Positions 43,301 to 46,405 of a DNA stretch of 46,405 bases are shown in pieces. The notes beneath the pieces are model-generated. The model did not search any database. It was not told the origin of the DNA and saw only the letters and a list, made by a program, of their open reading frames with translations. Position 1 is the first letter of the stretch. Each line of letters opens with the position of its first letter. The translations under genes and the position numbers were made by a program. The DNA is from Macrostomum lignano (taxonomy: Eukaryota): contig NIVC01004426.1 in the NCBI GenBank assembly GCA_002269645.1, positions 1-46,405 on the forward strand, in the 5' to 3' direction.

Positions 43301-45175
43301 TTCTCGCCGTTGGCGCTGCGGGGCAGCTCAAGTCCGAGTGGGTTGGGGCGTTTCTGTGGGGGTTGGCGGGTCAAGGTGGGTCAATCTGTGGGAAGTGAAG
43401 CATAGAGATCTGTGGGAAGAGAAGCTTAGGGATCTGTGGGAAGAGAAGCTTAGGGATCTGTGGGAAGGGAAGCTTAGGGATCTGTGGGAAGAGAAGTTTT
43501 CCAGAGCATCTTTTACGCATCCACGCATCCTAATTTCAGGGTATGGCTCCGACTCAGACGCTCTGAAGCCCTCAAAGGTAAACACGTTTGCACACTGTAT
43601 ATCTCAATTAACTGCTTTTGCAGTTTTGTGCAATTGGCCAAACGGAAATTTTAGAAACTGGATCCCATCAAACAGCGAGACGGAGACCTAGCTGGCTCCA
43701 GCAGAAGACCCAGAAACTCCACAGGGGCTCACTTTCACTCTGCTCTCATGGCGGTTTTAATCCCAGTTTTCCTCCATGTAGACTCCTTTAAACTCCTCAT
43801 CCCTTATTATTCTCCCAGTCTCCCTCCCAGTCTCCCTCCAGTCTACCACCCAGTCTCCCTCTGAATCTCCCTCTGAATCTCCCTCTCAATCTCCCTCCAG
43901 TCTCCTCCCAGTCTCCCTCCCAGTCTCCCTCCCAGTCTACCCAGTCTCCTCTGAATCTCCTCTGAATCTCCCTCTATCTCCCTCCAGTCTCCCTCCAGTC
44001 TCCCTCTCCAGTCTCCCTCCCAGTCTCCCTCTGATCTCCTCTCAGTCTCCTTCTCAATCTCCTCTCAGTCTCCTTCTCAGTCTCCTTCTCAGTCTCCCTC
44101 TCAGTCTCCCTCCCAGTCTCCTCTCAGTCTCCCTCTCAGTCTCCCTCCCAGTCTCCCTCTCAGTCTGCCTTCCTAGTCTCCTCTCAGTCGCCTCCAGTCT
44201 CGCCTCTCAGTCTCCCTCCAGTCTCCCTCTCAGTCTCCTCTCAGTCTCCTCCAGTCTCCCTCTCAGTCTGCCTCCTAGTCTCCCTCTCAGTCCGCCTCCC
44301 AGTCTCCCTCCCAGTCTCCCTCCCAGTCTCCCTCCCAGTCTCCCTCCCAGTCTCCCTCCCAGTCTTCCTCTCAGTCCGCCTCCCAGTCTGCCTCCCAGTC
44401 TCCCTCTGAGCGCCCTGCTCCTCCATCTCTCATACTTTACAGTTTGACAGTCTCCTAATGGGTCCGTCTGACTCTCAGGACTCTCAGAGCGACAATGAAG
44501 ACGAAAAACGACTGAAAGGGTCCGGCAGTCGGCAGGTGAGTTATAGTTTTTGAAACCGCTCACTCAAAATAGATGCAAGCTATTCTACTGACAGTAGAAA
44601 GTAAGAAACATTAGTTTTTTCCAAAAGCGTAAAAATTGTTTGATATATCAAAATAGGCTACTCTTAGTAGAAAGTAAGTAATATAAGCAAAATTTTCCTT
44701 TCAAAACTGCAGCGCGGCAAGCCCTCGGGTCGGCTGGGTCGCGACCAATCGCCGCCGCCTTCAAGCCGCGCCGCCGGCCGTTCCGGTGGCCGCGGCGGAT
44801 CGAAGCCACTGAAGCCGATCGGCCACTCGGATGAAGACGAGGAGAACAGCGACAAAGACTTTGGCAGAGGCCGAGCCGGCCGAGGCGGCCGCAAAGACGG
44901 CAACAACAAGATCAAAGACGCCGCCGACAGTCGACGAAAGACGCGCGCGCCGCGCACTGTCAAGGTCAGAGGATGAGGATGACGAGACAGATGAAGAGAA
45001 CGACCGGCGGCTGACTTCGCCCTCGCGACGGCGTCGAATGTCCAGCGAAGGCAAGGAGCCGGCTGGTCGGAGGGACAGCAGAGAAGGCGACAGCGGTGTT
45101 GCCAAGGGCATCGGCTGCGGTCGCGGAGGCAGGTCGGGCGGCGATGGCAAAACCAGATCGTGCCAGGTCCTGTGA
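40288..45175 (+). CDS. RPGR: Retinitis pigmentosa GTPase regulator (RCC1-like domain, low-complexity tail, CaaX), about 8 coding exons
   Basis: MDASELNFDIP-D-SGAIFAFGK..RFYVKND..CGEGH..GQLGLGSK follows the RPGR N-terminus as recalled (PDSGAVFTFGK..KFWFKND). RCC1 repeats follow and the protein ends RSCQVL* (human ends SCTIL). One apparent +1 frameshift in the last exon. Confidence 0.88.
40826..41257 (+). CDS. RPGR: RPGR exon 2
   Basis: TTTTTTGCAG|AC TCC..AVSKK G|GTAAGT. Confidence 0.9.
41641..41912 (+). CDS. RPGR: RPGR exon 3
   Basis: TGCCAG|GELLAWGGN..GRVQM|GTGAGA. Confidence 0.9.
42058..42214 (+). CDS. RPGR: RPGR exon 4
   Basis: TCACAG|VSCGLEHTLVLTENGRVY..KLKVA T|GTGAGT. Confidence 0.9.
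42225..42705. repeat. Minisatellite, 20-bp unit GAGACTTCAGGAATGATTGT, about 24 copies
   Basis: Visible; RPGR intron 4. A degenerate relative lies at 41440-41600. Confidence 0.95.
42768..43337 (+). CDS. RPGR: RPGR exon 5
   Basis: CTCCAG|CVAAGERHS..GDPQHGKLG.. then Ser/Gly-rich; donor CCGA|GTGGGT (inferred). Confidence 0.82.
43385..43500. repeat. Short tandem repeat, 24-bp unit GATCTGTGGGAAGAGAAGCTTAGG, about 4-5 copies
   Basis: Visible; RPGR intron 5. Confidence 0.85.
43540..43577 (+). CDS. RPGR: RPGR exon 6 (38 nt)
   Basis: TTTCAG|GG YGSDSDALKPSK|GTAAAC; phases 1/0 fit the neighbours. Confidence 0.55.
43810..44410. repeat. Pyrimidine-rich minisatellite, about 12-bp unit CAGTCTCCCTCC
   Basis: Visible; RPGR intron 6. 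Confidence 0.92.
44443..44535 (+). CDS. RPGR: RPGR exon 7
   Basis: TTACAG|FDSLLMGPSDSQDSQSDNEDEKRLKGSGSRQ|GTGAGT. Confidence 0.65.
44713..45175 (+). CDS. RPGR: RPGR terminal exon with CaaX, apparent frameshift
   Basis: CTGCAG|RGKPSG..HSDEDEENSDKD in the entry frame; SEDEDDETDEE..RSCQVL* in the +1 frame. Length is 463 nt (3n+1). Confidence 0.72.
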
Positions 45176-46127
45176 CTGAGTGCAGTTTAAAATGGGACTG
45201 GGAAGGCCAGATGCCCAGGGCAGCCTGTAGCCCGGCGCTCCGAGCGTTTCTGTTCCAAGTTTGACCCGACGCGAGTTCGAATCCTGGCAGCTTAGTAATA
45301 GTAGAAACCATGGGATTAATTTGAATTATTTGATTGCCCTACTAATAGTAGCTTATTAGTAGACGCGAGTTTGAATCTCTTAGCAATCAAAAATTGAAAA
45401 GATAATCATTTCAAATGCTCGATTGCCTTACTAATAGTAGTTTTCCGAAATTAGTAGATTTGGATTGTAAAAACCTTAAAGGAAATGAAAATATCTACTT
45501 TGAAGCAGTGTGCAGACACAGATTTAAATTTAAATTATTCAAATCCCCAAGCCTAAAGGCGAACTCTGGTTGCAATATTTTACATTTATAACTTTCTTAT
45601 ATGCATATTCTAATCTTTCCGCTACCAGTAGGCAGTTTTGCGTTTTGCAAAAAATCCACTATAACCCGCGACTCTCTTTAAGTAGCTCTGCCTACCTATT
45701 CAAACTTGACGATGAATTTTTTATGATTTCAGATTTCAGTGCAAAAAAGTCACGCCAGACTCGAGCAATTTTGATTTAGATTTATATTTTTGTTTCTTAC
45801 GACAATTACTCGCTGACTTCCTTGGTCTGACATATATTGTTGTTCGACACAAGTTTCACTCGCAATATTTTGGTGAGCGGCCTGCCGACCTGCGAATCCA
45901 ATGCCTCTAGTCGTGCCCTCTTTAAAGCTGCACGTCTGTTTACTCAGTCGATAATCTTTTCGCAATATTTAATTTTAAAACGAGACTTTGTCATATGATT
46001 GAATATTTTTAATATATTATCATTATATAATTGTTGAGACAGCAAGATGCTGCCGTATACACCTCTACCTGCCTGCCTTCTGGCACCTGCAACTGAGAAA
46101 GCTGTGTTTCATTCAGCTTATTTTTGC

Positions 46128-46405
46128 ATTGCAGTGTGTGGGGTTTGCATTGCAGTGTGTGGGGTTTTCATTGCAGTGTGTGGGGTTTGTGTTGCAGTGT
46201 GTGGGGTTTGTGTTGCAGTGTGTGGGGTTTGTTTGCAGTGTGTGGGGTTTTGTTGCAGTGTGTGGGGTTTTGATTGCAGTGTGTGGGGTTTTGTTGCAGT
46301 GTGTGGGGTTTGTGTTGCAGTTTGTGGGGTTTTGTGTTGCAGTGTGTGGGGTTTGTGTTGCAGTGGTGGGGTTTGTGTTGCAGTGTGTGGGGTTTTGTAT
46401 TGCAG
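46128..46405. repeat. Minisatellite, about 20-bp unit TGCAGTGTGTGGGGTTTGTGT
   Basis: Visible; runs to the window end. Confidence 0.93.

Noticed and set aside
43675-43752. Extra RPGR exon (RDGDLAGSSRR..)
   Set aside because: Weak splice signals and not needed for phase.
43810-44426. ORF15-like Glu/Gly-rich repeat of RPGR
   Set aside because: The purine-rich strand is antisense to RPGR, whereas vertebrate ORF15 is purine-rich on the sense strand. Intronic minisatellite.
45806-45935. Terminal exon of a further minus-strand gene (RAALKRARLEALDSQ..)
   Set aside because: Plausible acceptor and stop but no recognisable homology or linked exon.

Overview
Eukaryotic, repeat-rich genomic DNA with spliceosomal introns, GC-rich exons and introns packed with minisatellites. 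The style resembles the flatworm Macrostomum lignano, which is an inference only. Left third (1-16.6 kb) is mobile DNA. It holds a near-full-length but frameshifted non-LTR retrotransposon (ORF1, APE-RT-RNase H-zinc knuckle, LOA-like, (AAGTC)n tail) fused head-to-tail to a diverged 3' fragment of a relative. It also holds a 155-bp hairpin, a decayed Ty3/Gypsy pol followed by two apparently paralogous unknown ORFs, and a foldback-type element with inverted 12-bp arrays and a target-site duplication. The rest holds three host genes reconstructed by hand. LRRC69 (+) has 2 coding exons. A 14-exon GABA-B-type class C GPCR (-, 22783-39058) carries three apparent lesions, and most of its long introns hold a different minisatellite, plus hAT MITEs, a solo LTR and SINEs. 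RPGR (+) has about 8 exons and a C-terminal CaaX motif. Most other ORFs in the track are artefacts of tandem repeats. Coordinates were counted manually and may be off by a few bases; no database searches were run.
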